Assembly: GCF_009914755.1 (NCBI RefSeq)
Contig: NC_060939.1
Reading direction: 5' to 3' (one strand)
DNA from: the human T2T-CHM13v2.0 reference genome, Homo sapiens
Length of the DNA stretch: 64,000 nt
The notes beneath the pieces are model-generated. The model was not told the DNA's origin. It saw nothing but the letters and a program-made list of their open reading frames with translations, and searched no databases. This document shows positions 13,641-27,920 of the stretch, in pieces. The position numbers were made by a program, and so were the translations under genes. Each line of letters opens with the position of its first letter. The first letter of the stretch is position 1.

Positions 13641-15689
13641 GGTTCAAGGCATTTAAGGAGCACCATTTAACCATTGCCTATCAGTGGGCATGTCAGTGGC
13701 ACCCTAACTGAGTGTTGCTGTTTCCAAACAATGTGGCATGAATGCATCTAAAGGGCAGGTTATCAATGGAAAAGCAGACCACCACCTGGGATTCACTGGT
13801 ATAAAATAAATGTCTCATGCAAATCAAAATGATATGCATTTCCAAACGTATGTAAATGCATAAAAAAGGTCTTGAAAGGCCACAGCATGGACTGATGACA
13901 GGGGTCCTCTCTTGGGGAGGACTAGGGTTGTAATAAGTATGGAGAAGCATTGGAGGAAAGTGTGGTTTGTCTGTGTGGTTTCAATTTTTTTTTTCAGCAA
14001 GTATGTTTTCAGGTACGTCTTAGGTACATTTTAAAAACTTCCATACATCTCCCTGTTCTTCATGTTGCTGGAGGTGCAGCCCAGGATGGCTGAGTGGGGT
14101 GGATGGCTCTGTTGGTTAGGACATTTCATAACAGGCTCTTTGGTTATGAGATAGTCTAAATGAAAGAGGCTTGAAACCAAAGAGGGCTAGCTTACTCTGA
14201 AAAGGACACCAGTTTTGTGCTGGCAACCAGGCAGAGAGAGTCTCCAAGACCCTGGAATGGGGAAAGAGTCTAGACAAGAGGGAGAACACGCCCAAAGAAT
14301 GGCAGACGCTGGGGCCCCAAGGGAAACGACGGCCACTGAGACTTTCCTATGTTGTGTGGCTCAAGCCTATAATATCCAGGATGGCAGAAATTCTACAGTG
14401 GGTTGTTTCCTGCTCAGAATTGCCCTATAGTCCCCTTAGTAATCCCTAAACTCTTAGAAAAAGTCTGCTGCATGGAAAACCTTATTTGAGTGGAGCTTTA
14501 GGAAACAAAGGAGAATGTGAAATGATTAAGGGCAGGTGACAAAACTCAAAGGGAGCAGAAATTCGAGGTGATGTAACCAAGGCATTGTGAAACCCCTGGG
14601 GGTCCCTCGGAAATCCTGGGATGGGCAGTAGCTTTTCCGTGGTACATGGGATGGAGGCTTCAGCATGTATAATCGGCCAGTTGAAGAGAGGGACTCCAAA
14701 AGACTGAAGATCCTGAGGCTATGTGAGTTAATGTAAGTAAAAACATGCCAATTGATTTAAAAAAAATCAGAAACCTATAAAGAAGTAAAAAGTGCTAGCA
14801 TAGCGTTTCCATCCATTTGGTGTAATACATTCACTCATTAAATACTAAACTCACGCACTGCCCCCTCCAACTTTCCCCTCTGCAATTGCATCTTATGGTC
14901 TAGCTTTTAAAGTAATGCAGTACATGGAGTCAGAAGCCCGGAGATCCATAAACCATCCAGACATCTAATAGTGCTTTAAAAGAGGCCCTGCACACTGGAG
15001 GGTAAGTGGCCAGTAATGGCTGAGCTGGGTACAGACAGGGTGGGGAGAGGGCTTGGGGCTTAAGGGAAAAGTGAAGTAGTGAGCATAAGGAGAATTTTTA
15101 CAGTGGCTATAAAAAGAAGTCCCATGCTCGCACATTTAGATTCTGAGTTGGCCAAATAAACCCAGGCCTCTTGCAGTTCACACTGTCAGCCTTGGCACTG
15201 GTTCTGGTGGCTACTGTCTTAGAGACCCAGTAAAAATGCTTTGAGAGAGAGAAAGACATCACCATCTCATTGAGGAGCCAGTGCAAGGATAGCTCCCAGA
15301 AGGGCCTCCCTGTTACCAGGAGTTACAGGCAGCAGGCAGTCCTCCTGTCAATAGGCTCCTGGCAGGTGATGATTACTATTCTGCACCAGCCTCTGGTTCC
15401 TTGGAACATAACAATGATGTAGGCTTCTGAGCGAGGGCCATGCTTTGCAGTCTTGGAAGGGAATGTCTGTGTTTGCAAAATGCTATGACTTAGGGTTGCT
15501 AACCCTGTAGCCCATTCCCATAGGAACTCCAGATGGAAATGCTCACCCATCAGCACTCCCTAAACTACCTGCTCCCAACCAGTTGCTGGTGACAAATGGA
15601 AATGTCCTGCCCCAGCACTGCTCTGGAGAAGTCAAGACACACTTACCAGCTTCACTGCAACTCTCAGTTTAGATGCACCAGGGAAGGAA

Positions 15690-16064
15690 GGCCACTCCCT
15701 GGCTGATAAATGTTTCACTAGCTCTCTAGGGAATAAAAGCCCTGGTTTGCAGCATTTCCTGATTCCCAGGAGTAAATACTCCCACAGGCTACCAAGCCAT
15801 GTCGCTGGGCATGGAGTTGGGAAGTAGGGTTCACCATGCGGTAATCAATGGAAATAACCTCAAGAACACAGCTAATAGTAAAATGTAGTCAGAGAATTAG
15901 GATGTGATGTATCTGTGTATTTATTACCTGTGTCTTCAATAAGATTTTAAGTGTATATAATTTAATTTTTAATCATTGTTCTATTTAATAACTGGCTTCC
16001 ATTCCTGAAAATTTGGCAACTGACACTCATGAGCTAGTACATGAGCTGGCTCCAGCAACCACTG
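15690..16064 (-). mobile_element. MER63-like hAT DNA transposon
   Basis: Terminus gagctggctccagcaaccactgg; internal ataacctcaag...atagtaaaatgtagt and ttcctgaaaattt. Confidence 0.75.
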
Positions 16065-16244
16065 GCTGGGCCCTGGGGCCTTCTTGCTTTGGGTTCTGGA
16101 TCTAATTTCTTTTTGTAAATTTTCTTCGTGCTTCTTCCTCTCTTCTCTCTTCCTTCTCTCTGGGTTTTTTGCCCCACCTCCCCACTTTGCCCAATTTATT
16201 GAGCACTTAAGACCCATACTGAGTACCTTATGTGTAATTGGAGG

Positions 16245-16680
16245 GGCCCTTGTTGGGGAGACTTCCAGTGCATGCCCGTACCCAGTTGTGCTCTTCTTTT
16301 GGCATGAAAAGGACAACGCTTCTTTCTCTGTCTTCCAGCAGTTAGGCAGAGCCATATGACCAGCTCTGGTCATTGGGTTGTGAATGGAAGTAGCATGAGT
16401 CCATACTAGACTGAAGCATTTCATTGATAGTGTGAGACTTCTCAATGCTCTCCTTTCCTATTGCAACAATTTGGAGAAGGCCTTGTGTATAGATGGCATG
16501 GGCAAAAGATTGAGGAGCTCAAGTCACTGGGTTACCACATGTGGAGGATGGTTGCCTTCAAGAGTCAGCTGGATCCGTGGTGGGTTTTGCATGAGTAAGA
16601 AATAAGTATTTACATGTCAAGCCACAGAATTTTGTTGTTGTTTGTTAATACAGCATAATCTACTCTATCCGAAGTAATAA
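16245..16680 (+). mobile_element. MaLR LTR (MLT1J-like)
   Basis: gcagttaggcagagccatatgacc...tttgcatgagtaagaaataa...tttgttaatacagcataa. Confidence 0.7.
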
Positions 16681-16844
16681 CTTGCCTTGCCGTGAATGGC
16701 CAAACATATGCTGTTATTATCAGGAAATTCTGTATTCCTCCCGTAAGCATCCTCTCCCCCATCAAAAGCTTTATTTGCCTAGGAATCACCATGTGCTACA
16801 AGTCTTTTTGGTTAGTTTTGCTTAGGGAGTTGGACATTCCAGTC

Positions 16845-17215
16845 AGCTTGAATACTATAGTAGTTAGGCTATAGACAAACAAACCAAAATACATGGTGAT
16901 TATAAAATGAAAATTTCAGACACTTATTTCTCTTAAACATAAAAGTTTAGATGTTAACAATAGTTGGCAAGGTACATCCCTCCATGTGTGGCTTCCACCT
17001 CTGGGTCCAAGGCGTAGGACCCATTTGTTACTCTTTCCTAACCAGAAACGAAAAGAAAAGGGGCTGGGAAAAGGGACCCAATTCTTTTTAGCTAAGACCC
17101 CAAAGTGGAACACATCCTACAACTTCTGCTCACATCTCGTTGGACAAAAACATAGTCACAAGAACATATCTACCTATGAGAAAGGCTGGGAGATGTAGTC
17201 TCCAGCTGGACTAAT
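16845..17215 (-). mobile_element. Old MaLR LTR (MLT1J/K-like)
   Basis: acttctgctcacatctcgttggac...atagtcaca...ggctgggagatgtagtc. Confidence 0.6.
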
Positions 17216-17340
17216 GTGCCCTGCTAACAGCTGGTGGTGCATTTCTGTTACAGAAAGTAAGAAAGAGGGAAGGGATACAGGGAGAAAAGACTTGGTCTCT
17301 GCCATGATCTATCGTGTTGTCCTGGCATGGGAGGGGCTCT

Positions 17341-17398
17341 AGCTGCCTGGTGTGGAGAAGCTGCCCGGTGTGGAGAAGCTGCCTGGTGCAGAGGAGCT
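17341..17398. repeat. 18-bp tandem repeat, ~3.2 copies
   Basis: agctgcctggtgtggaga / agctgcccggtgtggaga / agctgcctggtgcagagg / agct. Confidence 0.9.
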
Positions 17399-17473
17399 CT
17401 TCCCAAGCAGAGTAACTCATCCTCTCTGATTTCTTCCATGGAATGGCTGCCTGAGTGGCAGGCCCTTTGAAGT

Positions 17474-17850
17474 CATCTTAAGCCATTTTGTACTGCTATA
17501 ACAGAATATTACAAACTGGGAAATTTATAAACAATAGAAGTTTATTTGTCTCACAGTTTTGGAGGCTGGAAAGGCCAAGATCAAGGGGCTGTGTCTGGTA
17601 AGGGTTTTCTTGCTGCATCACCCCATGGCAGAAAGTTGAAGGACAAGAGAGAGCATTTAAGTGAGAGAGCAGAAGAGCAAGGGATCTATAATAAAGGGAT
17701 TAAGGCCACAAGTTCAAAGGCATTAACCCATTAATGAAGCTGGAGCCCTCATGACCTAAATACTTTCCATTAGGCCCTACCTGTCAACACTGTTGCATTG
17801 GGGATTAGGTTTCTAGCACATACTTTTGGGGGACACATTCAAACTGTAAC
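17474..17850 (-). mobile_element. MaLR solo LTR (MSTB/MSTD-like)
   Basis: ctgctataacagaat...ggagccctcatgaccta...gggggacacattcaaactgtaaca. Confidence 0.85.
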
Positions 17851-18049
17851 AGGGGTGTAGGTGATTTCACTTCTCTAGTATTATGGCTCCAACCCAAGGA
17901 CCCCAAAGTCCTAGTGCTGCTTGTTTCTTTCCCCAGCTTTGGTTTGGGTGAGAATCTGCTCCCATGAGGATTCCTGCCATGGAGGGGCACAGGCAGGGGG
18001 CAGGAAGCACTTGTCAGACTGTCTGCAGGGTGATGGCCAAGGAGTGGTA

Positions 18050-18285
18050 GGGTGTGTGAGCTCTGGAGTCAGAGTTTCTTGGGCAAGGTGCTTAATCTTT
18101 TCTACCTCAGCTGTAGAAAAGAGTAAGCACCTTCTGTTACTGATGATAATAATGATACCAAGCTCATAGGATTGCTGAGATTATTAAAGGAGATATTGAT
18201 GTAAATGTGCTTAGCATAGTGCTTTAATAACCATTAGCTATTGCTGCTACTACTACTACTATTACTGCTGCTGCTACTACTGCAG
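18050..18285 (+). mobile_element. MIR fragment with a (TAC/TGC)n tail
   Basis: gctctggagtcaga...ttgggcaag...gtaaatgtgcttagcatagtgc. Confidence 0.65.
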
Positions 18286-19407
18286 TTATCTGGTTGCTAC
18301 TAGGGGATAGAGTGACCAGTTCTTTCGCATATAGTTGCTTGTGCAAGGTGGAGCTCTTCACTACAAAGAGTGGTTATAGCAGGCTCCAGGATGCCTTGTG
18401 TCCTAAACCTAGAACTATTCTCTCCCATTTCTCCCTTAATACTCTGTACTGAGCAGCCTGCTGTTCTGTTTCTGCTCTCAAGATACCTTTGTTTCAAGAT
18501 TGTTCACACCCTTCTCTGACACTGGGCTTTCACAGGTACCAGCTCCAGGTCTCAGAGAGGAGTTGGGCTCTCAGTCCATTCTTCCCAGGAGGGTCTCTGG
18601 GTGCTTTCTGCAAATTGATTTTCCCACTGTCTAAAGTTCTGGACGCCTAAGGGATTATCTGTCTTTGCCATATTAAATAAAAGTCCTATTATACCTTTCC
18701 TTTTTCCCAGAAGTGGGTAGTCTGTCGGCCTGACAATTTATATAACAAGGATAGCATGAGGTGGTCCCTGCCCCAACCCAGACAGAGATGCCGTTGTCAG
18801 CTATTCTAAAACCAATAAACCAACCAACAAAATATAACAATGACAAGACAAAATTTTTGTACAAAAGCCTGTTGGACCACCCATTACAAGATTTATCTCA
18901 TGTGATCCTCACAGCAAACCTCTGAGATTGGTATCATAGAGCCAGGTCTATTTAAATATAAAATATTGCCTTGCTCTGGTCATTAAATTGCTCACACCAA
19001 CCTATGTAGACAGAACTAACACAAGGGAAGGAAGAAAACTTTACATACCTAACAGCTTATCTGTAAGGTTTTGAGAAACATTCTTATCATAGATAGGACT
19101 CTTATAGATGCAAAAGACAAACTCAAAATCAAATGGATTAAACAAAACCTGCAATTTTTTGGCTCAATAACAGTGAAATCCAGGAGTACCTGGTTTCATG
19201 TATGTCAGGACCCAGGTGCTCAGGTGATGTCCTCATTGTTCTGCCTTTTCTTCTTTCTGCTCTCCCTACGGTGGCTTCATTTTCAAGCTCACCCTCTCTC
19301 CATGGTGGTCCCCGAAACTCCAGTGCCACAGGCTACCAGTTCCAATTCAGAAGAAAGAGGGCTTCTCTTTCCCCATAGCTTCAGAGAAAATCCAAGGGTT
19401 GTGACTC

Positions 19408-19874
19408 CAACAAAGATTCTCTCCTTGAACAAACTCTATGCAGACTCCCCTGAACTCTCTTCTCAACTGAGCTCTGACATTTGGGCGTCCGTGTTTACCT
19501 CTGCAGTGTCCAATTTTGGTAAGAATCCTGCTAGGCCAGTTCCCCTAATCTAATCATATCTACAGAGGTTCTTCATACTCTACCATCTTCTCGGTGATGT
19601 ATGATCACCATGGTTGCCTTCAGCATGAATTCTGTTTGGTCAGTTTAGCCAGGATTCTCTTTACCTCTGATGTTTCTGCTAAGTAGTTTTCTATCCACTG
19701 ATCTCCACCTTGCTCCTTGGCTATACATTCCCACTCTTCCTTGTATTCAGAGTTGAGCCCAATCTCTCTCCATTGCAAAATCTTATTGCAGTGGTCCTTA
19801 CACCTATCATAATGGTCCTGACTAAAGTCTGCCTTACCATCTTTAACAAGTGTCAAAAACAATTGCTTTTCAGA
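19408..19874 (+). mobile_element. MER31-like ERV1 solo LTR nested in an old MLT1 (~19080-20040, minus)
   Basis: acaaagattctctccttgaacaaact...gagttgagcccaatctctc...aaagtctgccttacc; 4-bp TSD actc 19404-19407 / 19875-19878. Confidence 0.8.
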
Positions 19875-20104
19875 ACTCATTGGCTCATTGAGCCTTGCTG
19901 AATCCATATGGGCCATGTACTTACCCCAGAATCTAGGGGGAATTGGGAGAGAGTGAATAGAAATGGGAAGGATGCCCCTAATAAAAGGAACCAGAAAGTA
20001 AATCAAAATCAGCAGATGAATCTGGATGCACCTATACAAAATGAAATGATGACAGGACATATTTTGATTCCCTGCAATATAAAATGAATTTATCTCAGTT
20101 CCTT

Positions 20105-20243
20105 TAATTCAGGGATTCTTGCTTTTGGCTGCATATCGGTCTTTAAAATCCGGAGGCTTAGGCCACATCCCAGACTCAGGAAACCAGAATCTCTGGGAGG
20201 AGGGTCTAGGCATCAAAATTTTAAAAAAATGAATTTTAGGTGA
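20105..20243. mobile_element. MER5-like hAT element, left part; the right part resumes at ~27133-27178
   Basis: ggctgcatat...cccagact...cagaatctctgg; continues after the L1 as gtgcagccagggttgaaagccagtg. Confidence 0.65.
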
Positions 20244-20641
20244 GGAGGAGCTTCAAGTTGGCTGACTAGAGGCACGGAACACCCCTTCTTCTCCACAAAG
20301 AACCAACAAAATAATGACTAGATAATAACACTTTGAACAGAACAACTGAGAACTCTGGAATTCAGCATCGAAGTGACAGGAAAAAGCTGAGGTGCCTAAG
20401 GAAAAGGAAGTGAGGCAGACGGCCTGGCTGGGATCAGCCAGGAGCCTGGAGAAACTCTCCAGTCTGGAAGAAGAGTACATGAGAGATCTCCAGTGGTCCA
20501 CATTCCTACTGTGGACTCCCGCAGTCCTAGCCATAGGAGAGTCCTTCTACCTGTGGGCCCTGAGACTGGTATAGGGAGCTCCCTGGAGTCCACATGACAA
20601 CATTGCTGCAGATAGGAAGTACGCACTGGGTCCCACACGCC

Positions 20642-21024
20642 TGTATTCGTCCGTTTTCACACTACTATAAAAATACTACCCGAGACTGGGTAATTTATAA
20701 AGAAAAGAGGTTTAATTGACTCATAGTTCCACATGGGTGGGGAAGCCTCAGGAAACTTACAGTCATGGCGGAAGGAGAAGCAGGCACTTTCTTCACAAGG
20801 TGGCAGGAGACAGTGTGTGTATGTGAGTACAGGAAAAACTACCATTTATAAAACTATCAGATCTTATAAGAATTCACTATCATAAGAACAGCATGGGGGT
20901 AACCACCCCCATAATCCAATCACTCCTTTCCTTGATACATAGGGATTACAGGTCTCTCCCTCAACACATGGGGATTACAATTCAAGTTGAGCTTTAGATG
21001 GGGACACAGAGCCAAACCATATCA
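20642..21024 (-). mobile_element. THE1 (THE1D-like) solo LTR inside the L1 5'UTR
   Basis: tgtattcgtccgttttcacact...gagactgggtaatttataaagaaaagagg...ggggacacagagccaaaccatatca. Confidence 0.92.
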
Positions 21025-22497
21025 CCCCCCTAAGACTCAAGCAGCTGCAGAACGGTACCATTTTGAGAGCTCAGCCCCTACCAGACTGTATCCCCTTCCC
21101 CAGGGCCCAACAGCCTCTGCCTGTCCATATCCCTGGAGACCCACTGACATCTACCTGCATCCACCCAGAGGGCTGCAGTGGTGTGATGCAGGTGGACCCA
21201 GTGGAACAGCAGGGTTCCCAGCACTCTAGCCTACTCTGTCCTGTGTGTTGGGGAAAGGGCAGAGCAGTGCACTGAGGAGGCTGTCCCCTAGACAAAAGGA
21301 GGTGAAGTGTGCATGCCCCAGAGCTTGAAACCTGTCTGCCTGGGGCCACCGTCACTGACAGCAACCTTACCCCACCAGCAGCTTAACAACAGCACACTTC
21401 CATGTGCCCTGAGGATAGCCTCTCTCAGCCAGCCACCACAGGCAGGGACCTGAACGTACACACTCCCCAGAGCCTGAGAGCCACCTGTCTGGGGTAGCTA
21501 CCACAGACAGCAACTCTGTCTCCCTTCCCTAGCAGCAGGGGCCCCAAGGACTTGCATGTGCCCTGAGGACAGGCTTTCCCTGCCCACTGCTGCTGCTGCC
21601 ACTACCACCTGAGCACACTGCCCAGGGCCTGGGGATCACCCTGTCCTGCCCACCGAAGCCTTTGCCCATGTACACCATTGAGGGGACCTGGGAACAGGTC
21701 TGCCCTGCCTGGCACTGCTCTCCCAGCCCCTGAGCATGCTGCCTAGGAGCCAGAGTATTGCCCCACCCTGTCAGTTGTTCTCAGAGCACATGCATACCAC
21801 CAGTGGGCCCAACAACAAGCCCAGAAAACCTGCCACCAGCACCCAAGCATGCCATTTGGTCCACCATTGCTGGCATCTGGACACTCCTCCTGGGGGCCTT
21901 GAGGATGGGCCCACCCAGCCTGCTCTACCACCACTGCTGATACCCACCCACACATGCCACCTAGGGGCCTGGGGACTGGCCCTCCCAGCCACCATTAACA
22001 CCAGTGAATGACATCTTGGAGCCCAAAGGCTGTTGCACCACCACTACTATCATTGCCCACACCAAGCATGTGGCCCAGGGGCTCAAGGACTCTCCCACCT
22101 ACCCAGTCCACCACCGACACTACCAGCACCCAAGCAAACCTCCTAGAGGCCCAAGAGTGAGCCTGCCTGGACCTGCTAACACCAATGCTCATGTATGCCA
22201 CCTGGCAGCCCAAAGACAGACCTTCCTAGGCCACTGCTGCCACCATTAGAGCCTGAGGACTGGCCCATCTGGTGTTCTGTCCCCAGCAAAACTTCACCAC
22301 AGCCACCACTAGCAGCCATAGCCTAAGCCACTAAGAAAATCACAGATACCACTGATAATGTTTGCAACCAAAGACATCATACACAGACTACACTACGGCA
22401 CACACCCCGAATCAAAGCCAAAGTGCATTACTCAACTAACACTGTAGGGGAGGACTTTTTCCTGTTAAAAAGTCTTCCCCTAAGAAAACCAATCCAA

Positions 22498-22855
<358 letters not shown>

Positions 22856-23527
22856 TCATTGTTATACCACATAGGGAGATATCAATGAAAGGACACAAAC
22901 AAGAAAAAGGGAATATGACAGTTCCAAAGGAGGACAGTAATTCTCCAGCAACAGGTTCCAATGAAAAGAAATTTATGAAATGCCTGGAAAATAATTCAAG
23001 GTAATGATATTAAAGAAGCTCAGTGAAATATAAGAAAGCACAGATATATAATATAAAAAATAAGAAAAACAATTCAGGGTATGAATGAGAAATTTCACTG
23101 AAAAGAAAGATGCAAAAAAGAACCAAGAGAAATCCTGGAACTGGAAGATTCAATGAATGAAATAAAAAATACAATCAAGAACTTCAGCAATAGACTGGAA
23201 TCAAGCAGAAGAAAGAATTTCATAACTTGAAGACACGTCTTTTGAAATACCTCAGCCAGACAAGAAAAAAATAAAGAATAAAAAAAATTAAGAACACCTA
23301 CGTGACACATGGGACATCATAAAATGACCAAATATTCTAATTTTGGGTGTTCCAAAAGGTGAAGAGAAGTTTAATAGCATAGAAAATCTATTTAACAAAA
23401 TAATAGCTGAAAACATCCCAAATGTAGTAAGAGATTTAGACATCCAGACACAAGAAGCTCAGCTATCCCCAAATAGATATAACCCAAAAAGGTCTTCCAG
23501 GCACATTATAGTCTGTCAGAAGTAAAA

Positions 23528-23833
23528 GGCCAGGTATAGTGGCTCACGCCTGTAATTGTAGCACTTTGGGAAGTCAAGGTGGGCAGATTGCTTGAGCCCA
23601 GGAGTTTGAGACCAGCCTGGGCAACATGACAATACCCCATCTCTACAAAATATACGAAAAATTAACCAGGCATGGTGGCACATGCCTGTAGTCCCAGCTA
23701 CTTAGGAAGCTGAGGTGGGAGGATCACTTGAGCCCAGGGAGGTCAAGGTTGCAGTGAGTGGTGATCATGCCATTGCACTCCAGCCTGGATGACAGAATGA
23801 GACCTTATCTTAAAAAAAAAAAAAAAAAAAAAA
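23528..23833 (+). mobile_element. AluJ inside L1 ORF1
   Basis: gattgcttgagcccaggagttt, ggaggatcacttgagccc; poly-A tail. Confidence 0.95.
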
Positions 23834-26270
23834 GGCAAAGACAAAGAGAATTCTAAAAGCAGCAAGAGAAAAGCATCTAGTGACATATAAGAGAATCCTC
23901 ATCAAACCAACAGTGGATTTCTCAGCAGAAACCTTACAGGCCATGAGAGAATGGGATGATATATTCAAAGTACTAAAAGAAGAGAAAAAACTATCAGCCA
24001 AAAATACTATACCCAACAGTTATCCTTCATAAATAAAGGAGAAATTGAGACTTATCCAGCAAGCAAAAACTGAGGAAATTCATCACCACAACAATCAGTC
24101 CTACAAGAAATGCTTAAGGGAGTCCTACACCTGAAAGTGAAACCATAATATCTACCATCATAAAATCACACAAAAGTATAAAACTCACTAGTAGAGCAAA
24201 CACAAGTGAGAAAGAGAAAGAACTCAAATGTTACCACTATAGAAAACCACCAAACCAATGATAAGTAATAAAAGAAGAAAAATAAAGAAAAGGATATATA
24301 AAACAAGGAAACAACATAATGACAAGAATAAGCCCTCACATATCAATAATAACCTTGAATGTAAATGGACTAATTTTCCACTTAAGAGGTTTAGACTAGC
24401 TGAATGGATTAAAAAACATAATCCTACTATATCCTGCCTACAAGAAACTCACTTTGCCTGTAAAGATACATATAGACTGAAAGTAAATGGATGGGGGAAA
24501 AAATTCCATGCAAACAGAAGCCAAAAGCAAGAAGGAATAGCTATACTTATATCAGATAAAACAGGCTTTAAGTCAAAAACAGTTCTTAAAAAAAAGACAA
24601 AGAATGTCATTATATAATGATAAAGGGATCAATTCAGCCATAGGATATAACAATTCTAAATGTATATGTGTCCAGTGCAGAGCACTCAGCTGTATAAAAC
24701 AAATATTATTAGTTCTACAGGAAAAGCTAGACTCCAATACAATCATAGTTGGGGACGTCAACATCCCACTCTTAGCATTAGATAGATCATCTAGAAAGAA
24801 AAGCAACAAAGCAACATTGGATTTAAACTGCATTTTAAACAAAATAGACCTAACACACCTTTGCAGAACATTTCATTCAACAGCTACAGAATACACATTC
24901 TTATCAGTACCACACGGAACATTCTCCAGGATAGATCATATATTAGGCCACAAAACAAGTGCCAACACATTTTTTTAAATTGAAATCATATCAAGTATCC
25001 TCTCAGTCCATACTGGAATAAAACTAGAAATCAATAACAAGAGGAACTTGGGAAACTGTACAAATAAATAGAAATTAAACAACATGCTCCTGAATGACCA
25101 CAGGGTCAATGAAGAAATTAAGAAGGAAATACAAAAATGTCTAGAAACAAATGAACATTGAAACACAACACACCAAAACCAGTGAGATACAACAAAAGCA
25201 GTGCTATAAGAGAAGTTTATAGCAATAAACACCTATATCCAAAAAGGAGAAAGATTTCACAAAACCAAAAGATGCACCTCAAGGAACTAGAAAAGCAAGA
25301 CTAAATCAAGCCCAAAATTAGTAGAAGGAAGGAAATGACAAAGATCAGAGCAGAACTAAAGAAACACTAAAAAAAATACAAAGGGTCAAAAAAAAAGTTG
25401 TTTTTTAAAAAAGATAAAATTGATAAACTGCTAGCTAAACTAACCAAGAAAAAAATGAAGACCCAAATAAAATAAAAAATGAAAGAGGAGACATCACAAC
25501 TACACCACAGAAATATAAAAGATCATCAGAGACTACTATGAACAACTATATGTTAACAAACTGAAAAACCTGGAGGAAATGGATAAATTCCTGGATACAT
25601 ACAATGTACCAAGATTTAATAAGGAAGAAATAGAAAATCTGAACAGACCAATAATGAGAAACAACATTGAATCAGTAATAAAAAGTCTCTCAACAAAGAA
25701 AAGCCTAGGACGTAATGGTTTCACTGCCAAATTCCACCATACCCAAAGAATTAACACCAATCTCCTTGAAGTATTCCCAAAAAATGAGGAGGAAATTCTA
25801 ACTCATTTATTGAGGCCTGCCTTACCCTGATACCAGAACCGGATAATGACACATTGAAAAAAGAAAACTAGAGGCCAATATTCCTGATGAACATAGATGC
25901 AAAAATTCTAAAAAAAAAAAATACTGGCAAAACAAATCGAACAGCACAGGAAAAGGTAATACACCATGATCAAGAGGGATTTATCCCAGGGATAAAATAA
26001 TGGTCCAGCATACACTAATCAATAAATGTGATACATCACATTAGCAGAATAAAAGACAAAAACCACATGGCCTTCTCAGTGGATGCAGAAAAAATATTTG
26101 ATGAAATTCAACATCTGTTCATGATAAAAACTCTCAACAAACTAGGCATAGAAGGAACATACCTTAATACAATAAAGGTCATATATGACAGACCCACAGC
26201 TAACATTATGCTGAATGGGAAAAAGCCGAAAGACCTTCCTCTAAGAATTTGGATCCTCAATCAAATACTA

Positions 26271-26609
<339 letters not shown>

Positions 26610-27794
26610 TCACTTGTGGCAACATGGATGGAACTGGAGATCATTATGTTAAGTGATATTTGTCACACAGTAAGACAAATATCACATATAATCACTCATA
26701 TGTGAGAGCTAAAAAAATAGGTTGATCTTACGGCGGTAGAGAGTAGAATGACAGTTACTACAGGCTGGGAAGGATGTGGGTGTGGGAGATGAAGAGAGGT
26801 TTGTTAATAGATACAAATATACAGTTAGATAGAAGGAATAAGTTCTTAGACTGTGAATTTCTTAAGAGAAAAAAAGAAGGAATAAGTTCTAATGTTTGAT
26901 AGTAGAATAGGGTGACTGTAATTAACAACAATGTATTACATATTTCAAAATAGCTGAAAGCAAAGACTTGAAATGTTCCCAACACACAGAAATGATAAAT
27001 GTTTGAAGTGATGGATATCCTTAACACCCTGACTTGATCATTACACATTCTATGCATGTAACAAAATATCAGATGTATCCCATAAATATGTAAAAATATT
27101 ATGTATTAATAAAAATAAATAAAAATTTTTAAAATTTTAGGTAATTTATAACGTGCAGCCAGGGTTGAAAGCCAGTGCTCCAATTTCCTGGTCTTTATTA
27201 TTAAAACCCATGGTTTATGAATACATTACGCTAAAGTCCAACACAGCAGTTCTGGGTGCTGTTGTGAGCCATGGTAAACAAGGGGTGTATCTGAGCCCCA
27301 GCTCTCCAGTGATCAGCAAGGACAGGCCACCTGTGCCTCCAGGGGCAGCCTCTGTAGAGTCACAGATCCTCTCAGTGCGGAGAACCTGTCTTGGTTCCTC
27401 AAGGGGAACCAAGGGAAGATATTCCAGAGAGCTCATAGGTCAGGGACCTGGTCACTATCCTTTCAGCACAGCTGTAGCCCTCTGTGGGCCCAGGGAAGCC
27501 TGATGCCAGCTGCCCCAGGGTAAAGCCTTGGCAGATGCCAAGTGGGAGAAGGAGGTGGTGTTCCCTCGGGGAGAGGGGGAAATGCTACACAGAGCAACAT
27601 GGGATTCATCTGCAGAAGAGAGGTCAATTGCTTACCCTACTGGAACCAAAAAGTCTCTTGGCAAAGGGAGTTCTGAGCTGATAAACACAGGCTCAGTCTT
27701 CCAGAATCCACACTGCAGGCTGAGAACTGGAAAGACAGTAGGGAGACTTATTGCTTTCTGGGTGTTTTGCCCAGAATCTCCCTTCTGGTAAAGC

Positions 27795-27920
27795 ACTAGG
27801 GTGGGTAGTAGGACTCACTCTTTGATCTTTGGCAAGTCCCTCCTACTCTCTGGGCCTCGGTTTCCCTTCTATATAATGAAGGAGTTGAATCAGCTCACCC
27901 TTAAGGTCTCTTCTGGATGC
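27795..27920 (+). mobile_element. MIR core fragment
   Basis: ggcaagtccct...ctctctgggcctcggtttccc. Confidence 0.65.

Noticed and set aside
15035-15140. Plus-strand TATAAAAAG with an upstream GGGTGGGG box
   Set aside because: No supporting motif cluster or clear downstream donor; chance-level evidence
15641-15650. Strong minus-strand donor CTG|GTAAGT
   Set aside because: No acceptor or promoter could be assigned to it
17341-17398. Direct repeats resembling a CRISPR-like array
   Set aside because: Head-to-tail copies with no spacers, in a eukaryotic context
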